Origin: Sulfurimonadaceae bacterium | GTDB taxonomy: Bacteria; Campylobacterota; Campylobacteria; Campylobacterales; Sulfurimonadaceae | DNA: 45,793 bases | Reading direction: 5' to 3' | NCBI GenBank assembly: GCA_036171835.1 | Contig: JAVHRU010000043.1 | Span: 1-45,793 of the forward strand | In this document: one piece after another, positions 8,136 to 17,350 of the stretch | How the letters are laid out: every line of letters begins with the position of its first letter | Position numbering within the stretch: the first letter of the stretch is position 1 | Notes under the pieces: model-generated | What the model was told of the DNA's origin: nothing | The model's database searches: none | Seen by the model: the letters and a program-made list of their open reading frames with translations, nothing else | Program-made: the position numbers and the translations under genes

Positions 8136-11000
8136 TTAAAATTTAAATTTCACTCTATTTCTTCCACTTTCTTTTGCTTCATAGAGTGCTTCATCAGCTC
8201 TTTTTATCGCTTTTTGTATATCTTCGCTTTTGTGATAACCACTGAGTCCGAAGCTACATGTAAGCTTGCCAACATTTTCAAACTTCTCTGCGGCTATTGC
8301 CCCTCTGATATTATTCGCGATTTTTACCAATACGTTCAAGGACTCGACACATAAGAGTATCACAAACTCCTCGCCGCCCCAGCGAATGATAAGATCATTA
8401 GAACGCACAGTTTTACGCATGATCTTTACCATTTTTTTTAAAACCTCATCGCCGACATCATGTCCATAGGTATCATTCACATTTTTGAAAAGATCGATAT
8501 CACAGAAGATAATTCCCAGGTGTAAACCATTGTGCGTGGAGTTGATTATTGTTTCAATATTCGTATTAAAATACTCACGATTATATGCACCTGTCAAGGA
8601 ATCCGTATATGCTTTATCAATAAAAAGGAACTTTTCTCTCATAGTATCGCTGATATCTGAAAGCTCTAAAAGATAATTATCTTCCATTTTATTTTCTTGT
8701 ATTGAAAAGTAATGAATATCTCCATTTTTATCCATCATTGAAACAATTTTATCCTTAGGATCAATTTTAGAAAGTTTTTCTATCCAGTCTCTTTTATTTT
8801 CCATATTTTCCATATGAAAGAATCTATCATCATCCAAAAACTTTTCTGAAAGATATCTGTAATGAAGTTTAAATACCGCAAGTGAGTTATAACCAAAGAA
8901 ATCCAGAAACTTCTTATTTACTTCCAAGATCCCCTCTTTATCTATAATAAGTACTATAGAATCTTGTGCATCTAAAATACGCTGAGTCTTACGAAGCAAT
9001 AATTTATACTCTTTTTTAAGACTAATCTCTTTGTACATGTACATAAAGACGAAGAAAAGGAGAATAAACCCGACAAGATAAGCAATTCGCTTAGAGTTTT
9101 GCACATTTAAGAATATCGCTTTATCTTTTTGCAAGATAAATACAGCAACCACCTCATTGGTAATTGGATTTGTTAAAGGAATAAAAGTAAAAAGATAATC
9201 CTTATTTTCATTACGGGTCGAAAACACTTTTCCCTTATCAATATTTTCTTGTATAAAATTATACTCTTTTGGATCTATCAATGAGATGTCCGCATCAATA
9301 GAAAGATTTTTTAACTTCTCTATCACCGCCTTATCAAAAGACCAGCCCTCATATATGGAGTTTTCATAGTTTGATGTCTGATTTGTAAAAAGTTTCGTGT
9401 TGACAATATTTGATTTTACTAAAAAGCTGCCCCTACTTCTATCGGTACTTGCAAGATCTTTGATAAAAGAAAAAGAGCTAAATGAGATTTCAACGCTTCC
9501 CATATAAAACTTATTTGATGAATCATACTGATAAAAAAGAGGGAAAATATGTCTAAACCCATTATAAACTTTTCCCTCCTCAAATCCGTCAAGCCTTTGA
9601 TGATGTTCATTTACCCAACGTACTGTCGGCCTGCTATTTGTTAGATTATCACCATACAGATTAGGCTTATGCATCCTTAAAAAACTCTCATTATTTGAGA
9701 GATGAAAATGAAGCTGTCTTACGCCGTAGAGTTTATTTTGCTCATATTTATCTTTTAACTGTTCATACAACGCGTCTCTGGCTTCATCTTTTTTACTTGG
9801 GTCTTGGGCTTTTTGAAGGATCTCAAAGATCTTGGCATTTTCAATCTCGAGCTTAAATATTATCTGTGCAATATCAGAGTACTTACTCGAAATATTCTCA
9901 AAATCAACCTTTACAGACTCATTGTATGTATGTATATAGGAGTTTTCCTGCTCTTGATAGTAAAAATGTACTGCCAGAAAATAGAAAAAATAAATGAATA
10001 TAAAGATGCTTAAGGAGAAAAAAAACATTTTATCCATTTTTAGAAGAATGCTGTAATTTTTTGCAAGTACATAAAAACTTAAACTAATAAGTATAATAAA
10101 AATCGCCAGTAAGCCATGCACCTTACTCTCTATCTGTTCAATTTGAGAGTCATGAAAAGATGAGATATCCTTTGCAAGCAAGATATTCCCAAGAAAAACC
10201 TCTTTTTGATCAAACAATGCATAATTAAAAACAGCTGTATTACCATCTATGACATAACTATGATAGGGAGAGATGAAATGTGTCACACCCTTACTTTTGA
10301 TGAGTTGCAGCATCTGCTTATCGGCATTTGTATTTGCTACGTAATAATCATCTATAAATGTTTTCGTAATTGGATAGGTAATCTGCGTTCTATACTGTTT
10401 ATCAACTAAAAAAAGAGGATTGTAGCCTATATTTTTTAGTTCATCAGCAATGGAATCAAAATTTGAGATCAGTTCGATAAAGCCTATAAAATTATTTTCA
10501 TCACTAAAAATAGGCATCATTGTCTTAAAAGTCATGTCGTATTTTCCGACACTGATACTGCTGATAACTCTGGGAGATTTTATCATGCTCGATACATCTT
10601 GGCGGATATTTGCTAGATTATCACCTGTGACAGAGTCCCAACTCCGCCACAGACTGATCCCTTTAGAATCTATAAACTGTACTCGTGAGCCTTTAACTTC
10701 ACCATAAAGCTGTAATTTTTGAAAGATATACTTGTATGAATTTTGATTGAATTGTCTTGTTTTTATAAGTTCTAATACTTTATGATCTGAAACAAGTTGC
10801 TGAAGCATCATGAGCTGACTTGCTTTTTTCTCAGAGATCAACTTATTTACTTGTCTATTGAGTTCTGCTGTATTTGTAGTGAAATATTCATTTTGTTTTT
10901 CTTGGATCAATTCATCTTTATAGATATTTGATATATACACAACTGCCATGAGTATAGAAAAAAATAAAGCAAAATAGACAATTTTAATAATTTTACTCAA
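8136..11000 (-). CDS. membrane sensor diguanylate cyclase with two Cache-like extracytoplasmic modules, PAS-like region and GGEEF domain
   Basis: TTG start after AAGGAG, four TM segments, FLRMHKP...GDNL (Cache_3-like), DSLTGAYNR, DIDLFKNVNDTYGH and RWGGEEF. Confidence 0.9.
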   Translation of the reverse strand: MSKIIKIVYFALFFSILMAVVYISNIYKDELIQEKQNEYFTTNTAELNRQVNKLISEKKASQLMMLQQLVSDHKVLELIKTRQFNQNSYKYIFQKLQLYGEVKGSRVQFIDSKGISLWRSWDSVTGDNLANIRQDVSSMIKSPRVISSISVGKYDMTFKTMMPIFSDENNFIGFIELISNFDSIADELKNIGYNPLFLVDKQYRTQITYPITKTFIDDYYVANTNADKQMLQLIKSKGVTHFISPYHSYVIDGNTAVFNYALFDQKEVFLGNILLAKDISSFHDSQIEQIESKVHGLLAIFIILISLSFYVLAKNYSILLKMDKMFFFSLSIFIFIYFFYFLAVHFYYQEQENSYIHTYNESVKVDFENISSKYSDIAQIIFKLEIENAKIFEILQKAQDPSKKDEARDALYEQLKDKYEQNKLYGVRQLHFHLSNNESFLRMHKPNLYGDNLTNSRPTVRWVNEHHQRLDGFEEGKVYNGFRHIFPLFYQYDSSNKFYMGSVEISFSSFSFIKDLASTDRSRGSFLVKSNIVNTKLFTNQTSNYENSIYEGWSFDKAVIEKLKNLSIDADISLIDPKEYNFIQENIDKGKVFSTRNENKDYLFTFIPLTNPITNEVVAVFILQKDKAIFLNVQNSKRIAYLVGFILLFFVFMYMYKEISLKKEYKLLLRKTQRILDAQDSIVLIIDKEGILEVNKKFLDFFGYNSLAVFKLHYRYLSEKFLDDDRFFHMENMENKRDWIEKLSKIDPKDKIVSMMDKNGDIHYFSIQENKMEDNYLLELSDISDTMREKFLFIDKAYTDSLTGAYNREYFNTNIETIINSTHNGLHLGIIFCDIDLFKNVNDTYGHDVGDEVLKKMVKIMRKTVRSNDLIIRWGGEEFVILLCVESLNVLVKIANNIRGAIAAEKFENVGKLTCSFGLSGYHKSEDIQKAIKRADEALYEAKESGRNRVKFKF

Positions 11001-11105
11001 TAAAAAACTCCTTGATTAGTCTAGTATTTTACATAAAAGTCCATAAATAGAAGATTATTATGTTTATAAAGATAAAATCATCCACTTAGTATTTGGAGAA
11101 AACGG

Positions 11106-12347
11106 ATGAATAGAATTTTAATCGTCGAAGATAACAAAGCACTGGCAAAACTCATTTCACTTAAAATGGGTGCTGAACTAGATTTTGAAATAGATATCGC
11201 TTATACTTTCCAAGAAGCAAAACTTTTCATCAAAAAATATAATTATTTTCTTTCCCTTCTTGATCTCAATCTTCCCGATGCTCCAAATGGAGAAGTCGTA
11301 GAATATGCCTTAGAACGTGAACTTCCGTCCATAATTTTAAGTGGTATTGTAGATAAAGAACTACGAAAGAGACTGATCCAAAAAGATATTATCGATTATA
11401 TTAAAAAAGATGGAATCGGATCTATTGACTATATTATCTCCACCATCAAAAGACTTTATGACAATCAAAAACACAAAGTTCTTATCGTTGATGATTCTTT
11501 AGTCTTTCGTAATCAGATGCAAAAGATGGTAAAAAATATGTTTTTTCAGGTCATCACTGTTGCCCACGGCGAAGAAGCCCTTGCAATGTTACAGGCGCAT
11601 CCAGATATCAAAATAGTCCTTGCAGACTACTTTATGCCAGTTATGGATGGACTCGAGCTGACAAAAGAGATCAGAAAACAATACTCTAAAAATGATCTTA
11701 GTATCATTACAATCTCCTCCAATCAAGATGAGGAGATCACAGCACTTTTTCTAAAAAATGGAGCGAATGATTATATCTATAAGCCCTTTTCAAAAGAGGA
11801 GTTTATCTGCCGTCTCAACAACACCATCGAAGCTTTGGAAAACATAGAAAAGATCACAAATAATGCGAACAGAGACTTCTTGACAGGGGTCTATAACCGA
11901 AGATATTTTTACACAAATGCACAGGAGTACTTTCAAGAAGCAAAACAAAGCGGACAAAATTTCGGCGTCGCTATGATAGACATAGATCACTTTAAAAAGA
12001 TCAATGATACTTACGGACATGACACGGGAGACAAAGCGATTGTCAATCTTTCTCAGATACTCACAACCAACGTGGATGCAAAAGATATCGTCGCACGATT
12101 TGGCGGTGAAGAGTTTTGTATCATTTTAAAAGATATGAGCGCTAATGCCATAAAAGAAAAACTTGAAACTATAAGACAAAAAGTAGAAAAATCTTCCATT
12201 AAAGATCACGATAAACAGATCTCTTTTACAGTTTCCATCGGTGTTGTCACATCAGCCGAGGACAGTTTGGAGGAAACGATCAATACTGCAGATATGTTTT
12301 TATATAATGCAAAAAATGGCGGAAGAAATCAGGTTATCTCAGATTAA
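11106..12347 (+). CDS. response regulator diguanylate cyclase (REC-REC-GGDEF; PleD/CbrR-like)
   Basis: Two receiver domains (IVEDN/LLDLNLP and IVDDS/LADYFMP), followed by DFLTGVYNR and RFGGEEF. Confidence 0.92.
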   Translation: MNRILIVEDNKALAKLISLKMGAELDFEIDIAYTFQEAKLFIKKYNYFLSLLDLNLPDAPNGEVVEYALERELPSIILSGIVDKELRKRLIQKDIIDYIKKDGIGSIDYIISTIKRLYDNQKHKVLIVDDSLVFRNQMQKMVKNMFFQVITVAHGEEALAMLQAHPDIKIVLADYFMPVMDGLELTKEIRKQYSKNDLSIITISSNQDEEITALFLKNGANDYIYKPFSKEEFICRLNNTIEALENIEKITNNANRDFLTGVYNRRYFYTNAQEYFQEAKQSGQNFGVAMIDIDHFKKINDTYGHDTGDKAIVNLSQILTTNVDAKDIVARFGGEEFCIILKDMSANAIKEKLETIRQKVEKSSIKDHDKQISFTVSIGVVTSAEDSLEETINTADMFLYNAKNGGRNQVISD

Positions 12348-13534
12348 CCTAAAAGAATTAAACGTCCAAAAGGAATCTCTTCCTCACGTGGCGATATCCA
12401 AACAACTTCAAAGAGCGGTTCTTCGCTTGGAAAAAATCCATCTAAATCAGTGAAATACAAAAGTAGAGATGCATCGTAAAGATGAAGATTTATATATTCA
12501 AATACTGGTCTAAAATCTGTTCCGCCTCCGCCTTTTAAAGAGTAGCTCAGTTCATCGCCCTCATAAAAAGTCCAATGCGACTGCACCTTTGCATCTGCGA
12601 CGATGATGTCGATCTCATAGTTAGAGATAGAGAGCATAATAGAGCTAATCTCACTCATAAAACTCCCCAAAAGCACCTCATCTACAGAACCGGAACTATC
12701 GATGGCGATGGTGAGTTTAAAGCGGTTACTCGTAAGCGAAGGGAGATACGTTCCAAGATAAAGCAGTTTTTTTGAAGGTGGTAAAACTCTGTAATCATCT
12801 CTATAAAATCTATCTATCGCATGGGAAAGCTCTTCTCTCCAATCAACCTTACATGTAGATGTGAGTTCAAAGAAACGTTCCATCCCAAGAGGCAGATCAC
12901 CGCGACTCAGCTCATCTTGCAAAAGCTTTTCATTGATCTGTGAAAATAGCTCTTCATCGACCACATTTTCCACTTCTATCTTTGGAGCATTTTCATCTTT
13001 TTTATCATCAGATTGTGGATTGTTTTGCTTGTTGTTTTGACGTTTATTCTCTTCATTAAAACCCGTTTCGTCACTCTCGTCATCACTGAACTCTTCGTTT
13101 TTGATCTCATCTTTGAGTATCTCATAAATCTCTTCAGCATACAGACCATCAAATCGCGGATCATGGTTCACACCAAAAGGTTTATTAAGTCCATTTTCGA
13201 CAAGCATCGCATTGATAGCATAATCCGTTGCAAGTTGCCAAAGCCACCCCTGACGAGAGTTTTTACGATTTTGATGCGATAAAACTGTGTGCATAGCGCC
13301 GTTACTAAGAGCAAATTCCAACTCACTTATCTCTAAATCTTCGAGATATTCGTCGTTATATTCTAGTCTCAAACCATCGCTTAAAAACGCGCCGATATTA
13401 TCGTTTTTGACAAGCTCCAAACGGCTTGCAAGCGTTCCGAAATAGGGATAATCGACAAGCAGTTTTGCCTTAGCCTGAGATATCTTTGTCTGCAACTTCT
13501 TTACACCCACAGGGCACTCCGTATGTAGACTCAT
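12344..13534 (-). CDS. DUF2201-like (metallopeptidase-fold) plus vWA domain protein
   Basis: PYFGTL, DG...YN, WQLATDYAINAML, AEEIY, an acidic linker, VDWREEL, MIDAS IDSSGS, GGGGTDFRPVF and YFTD. Confidence 0.85.
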   Translation of the reverse strand: MSLHTECPVGVKKLQTKISQAKAKLLVDYPYFGTLASRLELVKNDNIGAFLSDGLRLEYNDEYLEDLEISELEFALSNGAMHTVLSHQNRKNSRQGWLWQLATDYAINAMLVENGLNKPFGVNHDPRFDGLYAEEIYEILKDEIKNEEFSDDESDETGFNEENKRQNNKQNNPQSDDKKDENAPKIEVENVVDEELFSQINEKLLQDELSRGDLPLGMERFFELTSTCKVDWREELSHAIDRFYRDDYRVLPPSKKLLYLGTYLPSLTSNRFKLTIAIDSSGSVDEVLLGSFMSEISSIMLSISNYEIDIIVADAKVQSHWTFYEGDELSYSLKGGGGTDFRPVFEYINLHLYDASLLLYFTDLDGFFPSEEPLFEVVWISPREEEIPFGRLILLG

Positions 13535-14529
13535 GAGAGAAGATAACTAAACTTTCGTACCCAGATTTTAAACACTTCTGAGTGTTCCATACGTACACCG
13601 TTGCGTTGGAGTTCTTGGACTATCATCACGGCAAACTCGCTTTGAAGTTCAATCGTATAGCTCAAAAGATTTTCAAGATACTCTGGGTTATGAAGTGTTT
13701 TGCTTACAAGCCCAGCGCTAAGTGCATATAACACATCCACATCACTCGGATACTCGCCTTCGCCTGTTTGTAAAATATTTTCGATATCAGGCAGTCTGTT
13801 GACGACTTTACAAAAACTAAGAAAATCCACTGCGATATCATGCCCTACTGCTCCGCCTATCGTATTTATTAACAGTTGTTCATTGATGCTTGATTTGAGC
13901 AGTTTATCCACAAATTCCCAGCTTCTCGGTGTTGCAAAACTCTTCTCGTTTTTTGTCGCATCAAAGGTAAAAAGATTTTCGTTTTTATACCCAATATAAG
14001 CGATGATGCGCTCATCGATAAGAGTTTTATACGCCCACGATTTATAATCATCCACATCTACGCCCATCTCTAAATGCACAAAACGGTTTGCCAAAGGAGA
14101 AGGCATTCTATACACGACGCCTCTGTCACTTTCACGATTTCCAGCCGCCACGATTGCCCAGCCCTCAGGCAACTCATACTCGCCAACTTTTCTATCCAAG
14201 ATCAACTGATACGCCGAGGCTTGAACAGCGGGAGGCGCGGAGTTCAACTCATCTAAAAACAGAATTCCGCTTCCCTCACGAGGCAAAAACGAAGGGGAAG
14301 CCCAAACTGCGGTGTGTTCGTGCTTGTCGTAAAACGGGATCCCTTTTAAGTCTGTCGGGTCCATCAATGAAAGACGCAGATCCACAAATCCCATCTTATT
14401 TTCATCGGCGATCTGTCTGATGATAGAGGATTTTCCAATCCCCGGAGCGCCCCAAAGAAAAGTTGGAATTTTTTGCTCTATCATCGCTTCAATCGCGCTT
14501 CTTATATCACTTGCTCTCAATCTTGCCAT
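13531..14529 (-). CDS. MoxR-type AAA+ ATPase
   Basis: Walker A GAPGIGKS, Walker B LFLDELN, AAGNR, PLANRF and TPRSW. ATGA overlap with the vWA gene. Confidence 0.9.
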   Translation of the reverse strand: MARLRASDIRSAIEAMIEQKIPTFLWGAPGIGKSSIIRQIADENKMGFVDLRLSLMDPTDLKGIPFYDKHEHTAVWASPSFLPREGSGILFLDELNSAPPAVQASAYQLILDRKVGEYELPEGWAIVAAGNRESDRGVVYRMPSPLANRFVHLEMGVDVDDYKSWAYKTLIDERIIAYIGYKNENLFTFDATKNEKSFATPRSWEFVDKLLKSSINEQLLINTIGGAVGHDIAVDFLSFCKVVNRLPDIENILQTGEGEYPSDVDVLYALSAGLVSKTLHNPEYLENLLSYTIELQSEFAVMIVQELQRNGVRMEHSEVFKIWVRKFSYLLS

Positions 14530-15866
14530 CCTATATTTTCTGTTTTTATATGATTACCAAAAGTCTTATTTTCACTCACCAGACGATCGAGTCTCTGATC
14601 GAGTCTGAGTTCATAAAGAAGTTCCACGGGTGTTGAAGAATTTGTACACAAAGCTTTTAAGACCTCAATCTCTTTAGAACTTATGAGTTTTTCCAAAATA
14701 TCCACAGGTGTTTTTTGATTTTGCGCAAGGGAAAGATGATTTTTCTCTTTTAAATACGCTTCACGAAGAGTCTGCTCTTTGACTCGTGGATTAGAAAAAA
14801 GTGAAATATTGATCTCATCATTACCAAGTGAAAGTATCATCTGTGCAACTTCTTCACAAAGATTTTTGTTGTCACATAAAGTAACTATTATCTCTTTACT
14901 ATCAAGAGCTAAGAGTTCCTCTTGCATCTTACATGTAAGGGTTATATTTTTAGCAAGAGCACTCGCAGATTTTTGCAAGAACATTCCAAACAGAGCATTA
15001 TCAAGTCTGATATGTTCAGCAATACTCTCGGGATACTTTTCGTGAAGTTTTTCCACTAAAGCGATATCAAGATCTGCATTTTCACATAACGCTTCATTAA
15101 TAGTGACATCATCAAGAGAAAAGAGCATATTTTGCAAATTTTTATCTAGATTTTTTCTTAATGCAATAATCTTTCTTATCTCTAAACTGCCATTTTTCAG
15201 AAGCATCTTCAAAACTACATCGGGAGTGTTTTTATTTTTTGAAATAGAAAGAAGTATTGCGTATAAGCTTTGATTTGAAAGCCCTTTTTTTAAGGGTTCC
15301 AATCCCGCGATCACCTCTATAAGATCACGATTATTGCTTTGCTCAACTAGATGCATCAACCCCAAAGTCGCATACTGGACATTATGATTTCTCTCGATAT
15401 TGGTATAAAATCTAGAGATCAGTGCCGCGGTGACATCACGGTTTTCATCGTTATCAAAAAATCCCTCGTTTTGCCAATCATAAAGCTTGATCAGTTTTAA
15501 AAAAAGCGTATCATTGATCTGTGAATTTTTTATGTATGCAAAGAGTCTCTCTTTATCATGTGAGAGTTTGAGACTCATCAAAAGCGTATCTTCATCAATG
15601 TTTGTGATGAGTATGTTTTCAAGCTCATCGATGGTGATAAATTTCTCTTTTAAGCCTGCCTCATAAAGTGCATCAAAATCATTTTGTTCATAAGGAGTGA
15701 TGAGTCTGCCCTCAGCAATGAAAGCTACATCCTCATCATATTTACTTACTAGTGTGATGTTACACTCTTGTATCTGATAGCTGAACTCCTCTTGATTAAA
15801 AGCCCTTGGCTTTCCAAAAAGAAGAATCTTTTTATTTTTTAACTCTTCTAAAGTAATGGCATCCAT
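14517..15866 (-). CDS. hypothetical protein with BRCT-like N-terminus and LRV/HEAT-like helical repeats
   Basis: N-terminal KNKKILLFGKPRAFNQEEF...LVSKYDEDVAFIAEG. Repeated N-x-x-TP-x-x-x-L units (NKNTPDVVL, NQKTPVDIL, NSSTPVELL). Confidence 0.65.
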   Translation of the reverse strand: MDAITLEELKNKKILLFGKPRAFNQEEFSYQIQECNITLVSKYDEDVAFIAEGRLITPYEQNDFDALYEAGLKEKFITIDELENILITNIDEDTLLMSLKLSHDKERLFAYIKNSQINDTLFLKLIKLYDWQNEGFFDNDENRDVTAALISRFYTNIERNHNVQYATLGLMHLVEQSNNRDLIEVIAGLEPLKKGLSNQSLYAILLSISKNKNTPDVVLKMLLKNGSLEIRKIIALRKNLDKNLQNMLFSLDDVTINEALCENADLDIALVEKLHEKYPESIAEHIRLDNALFGMFLQKSASALAKNITLTCKMQEELLALDSKEIIVTLCDNKNLCEEVAQMILSLGNDEINISLFSNPRVKEQTLREAYLKEKNHLSLAQNQKTPVDILEKLISSKEIEVLKALCTNSSTPVELLYELRLDQRLDRLVSENKTFGNHIKTENIGWQD

Positions 15867-15867
15867 T

Positions 15868-16608
15868 TTAGTTTACTAACACTTTTTCTATAGAATACTT
15901 CAAGTCTCCGTCCAGAGAATCCATGGATTTTAGCATCCATCTTAAATATCCGGCATCTTCATGCGCCACATCACTAAGATCTCTGCCCTTATATTTTCCA
16001 AATCTAAAAGTTTTAACAAAGATCGGTTCTTGTGTCAAAGCTACCATTTTTTCAACCGGATTTTCGCCTACAAACTTTTCTTGAACCGATTTGCGAAGCT
16101 CGGTTAAAAAAAGCTTCAAGGTCAAAACATCACCTATAGCATCATGCGCTTTTACCTCAATACCAAGTTTATCAGCTTCAGCTTTTTCCTCTTTATAGAG
16201 TCCCATTTTATAGCGAAAATACTGAAGTCTGTGCGCTTCTTCATCAGCATAAACATGTCTCGCGCAACGAAGCGTGTCTATGAGTTTCATATTTAGAGAG
16301 AAACCCTCTTTTCCAAGCATACCAATATCAAAAACAGCGTTGTGAATGATGACATAGTTATCTGGAGTGTTGAGTTCAAGAAGTCTTTTATAGGCTTCTG
16401 TTTGTGTACACAAAGGCTTTCCTTCTATCATATCAGGCGTGATACTATGCACTTCCATTGCTCCATAAGAGATAGGAACTTCAGATGAACAAAACTCATT
16501 ATGTACTTCTATCTCTTTGCCGCCAAGGACCATATAGCCAAGCTGAATAATGCGGTCATTTTCGCCCGCACCGGTTGTTTCTGTATCTAAAATTATATAT
16601 TTTGCCAT
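15868..16608 (-). CDS. DEDDh 3'-5' exonuclease (exonuclease X-like)
   Basis: ExoI LDTETTG, ExoII HNAVFD, ExoIII HDAIGD, and a C-terminal FGKYKG...DAGYLRW domain. Confidence 0.9.
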   Translation of the reverse strand: MAKYIILDTETTGAGENDRIIQLGYMVLGGKEIEVHNEFCSSEVPISYGAMEVHSITPDMIEGKPLCTQTEAYKRLLELNTPDNYVIIHNAVFDIGMLGKEGFSLNMKLIDTLRCARHVYADEEAHRLQYFRYKMGLYKEEKAEADKLGIEVKAHDAIGDVLTLKLFLTELRKSVQEKFVGENPVEKMVALTQEPIFVKTFRFGKYKGRDLSDVAHEDAGYLRWMLKSMDSLDGDLKYSIEKVLVN

Positions 16609-16621
16609 TTTGCCTCTTTCG

Positions 16622-17011
16622 TTAATGCTTTATTTCTAAAAATGGATGAAGCATATAGTTTTTCATAGCCTCGAGATACATCTCGTTTAGTTGGATGAGT
16701 AAATAGTTCATGCCATCCTTATATACCTTTTCATATTCGCAAAAAGTAAGAACGATTTCAGGATATTTTTTCCCTTTATAAATAAAATCATGGACCATCA
16801 TAGGCTCATTTAAATCATCAAATATTTCAAGAAGTTTACTACTCGAAAAGGGAGTATCACTCAGTCCAAAAAGATGGTAGAGTTTGCTGCACGGGATACT
16901 CATCAAAGATTCTTTATCACTCTGTATATAGGTACTATACAACGATTGTGCGAGTTTCAATGACTCTTTAGATAAAGGTGATTTTACAAGCTCTTGTTTT
17001 TCAATCTTCAC
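16622..17011 (-). CDS. hypothetical protein, possibly a Rep_3 N-terminal winged-helix-like domain
   Basis: GTG start at 17011 with a GGGAG RBS, overlapping the upstream gene. The pattern LSKESLKL...IPCSKLYHLFG...FDDLNEP...IQLNEMYL resembles initiator WH1 by eye. Confidence 0.6.
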   Translation of the reverse strand: MKIEKQELVKSPLSKESLKLAQSLYSTYIQSDKESLMSIPCSKLYHLFGLSDTPFSSSKLLEIFDDLNEPMMVHDFIYKGKKYPEIVLTFCEYEKVYKDGMNYLLIQLNEMYLEAMKNYMLHPFLEIKH

Positions 17012-17306
17012 CGTACAGCTCCCTAAATAGTTTATCCAAATCAAATTTTACCAATGGCTCGATACGAAAAATATAATGTGGAATCACTTCTAAAAAGAGA
17101 TATCCAACGAGAATCATAGGATAAAAAATAGCGACTTCTCTATAAAGCATTTTATATGTGTGACGTTTTTTAAGCCACACTAGACCTACCTTTGAACCGC
17201 TCATTCCAAGAATGACCTCAAATGCGACGATAAACCCCCACACCAAATAGGTAAGAATCGACCCCAGCAACAGATACCAAAAAGAAAATTCTAAATTGTA
17301 AAACAT
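17001..17306 (-). CDS. hypothetical two-TM membrane protein
   Basis: ATG ORF with two hydrophobic segments, coupled to the downstream gene. Confidence 0.65.
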   Translation of the reverse strand: MFYNLEFSFWYLLLGSILTYLVWGFIVAFEVILGMSGSKVGLVWLKKRHTYKMLYREVAIFYPMILVGYLFLEVIPHYIFRIEPLVKFDLDKLFRELYGED

Positions 17307-17350
17307 AAGTCTATTATCTCATATCATAGCTTATGCAAAAATATGTATTT

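Noticed and set aside
14585-14606. Short direct repeat GATCGAGTCT x2
   Set aside because: It reflects the peptide repeat RLDQRLDR in the coding strand and is too short to be meaningful.
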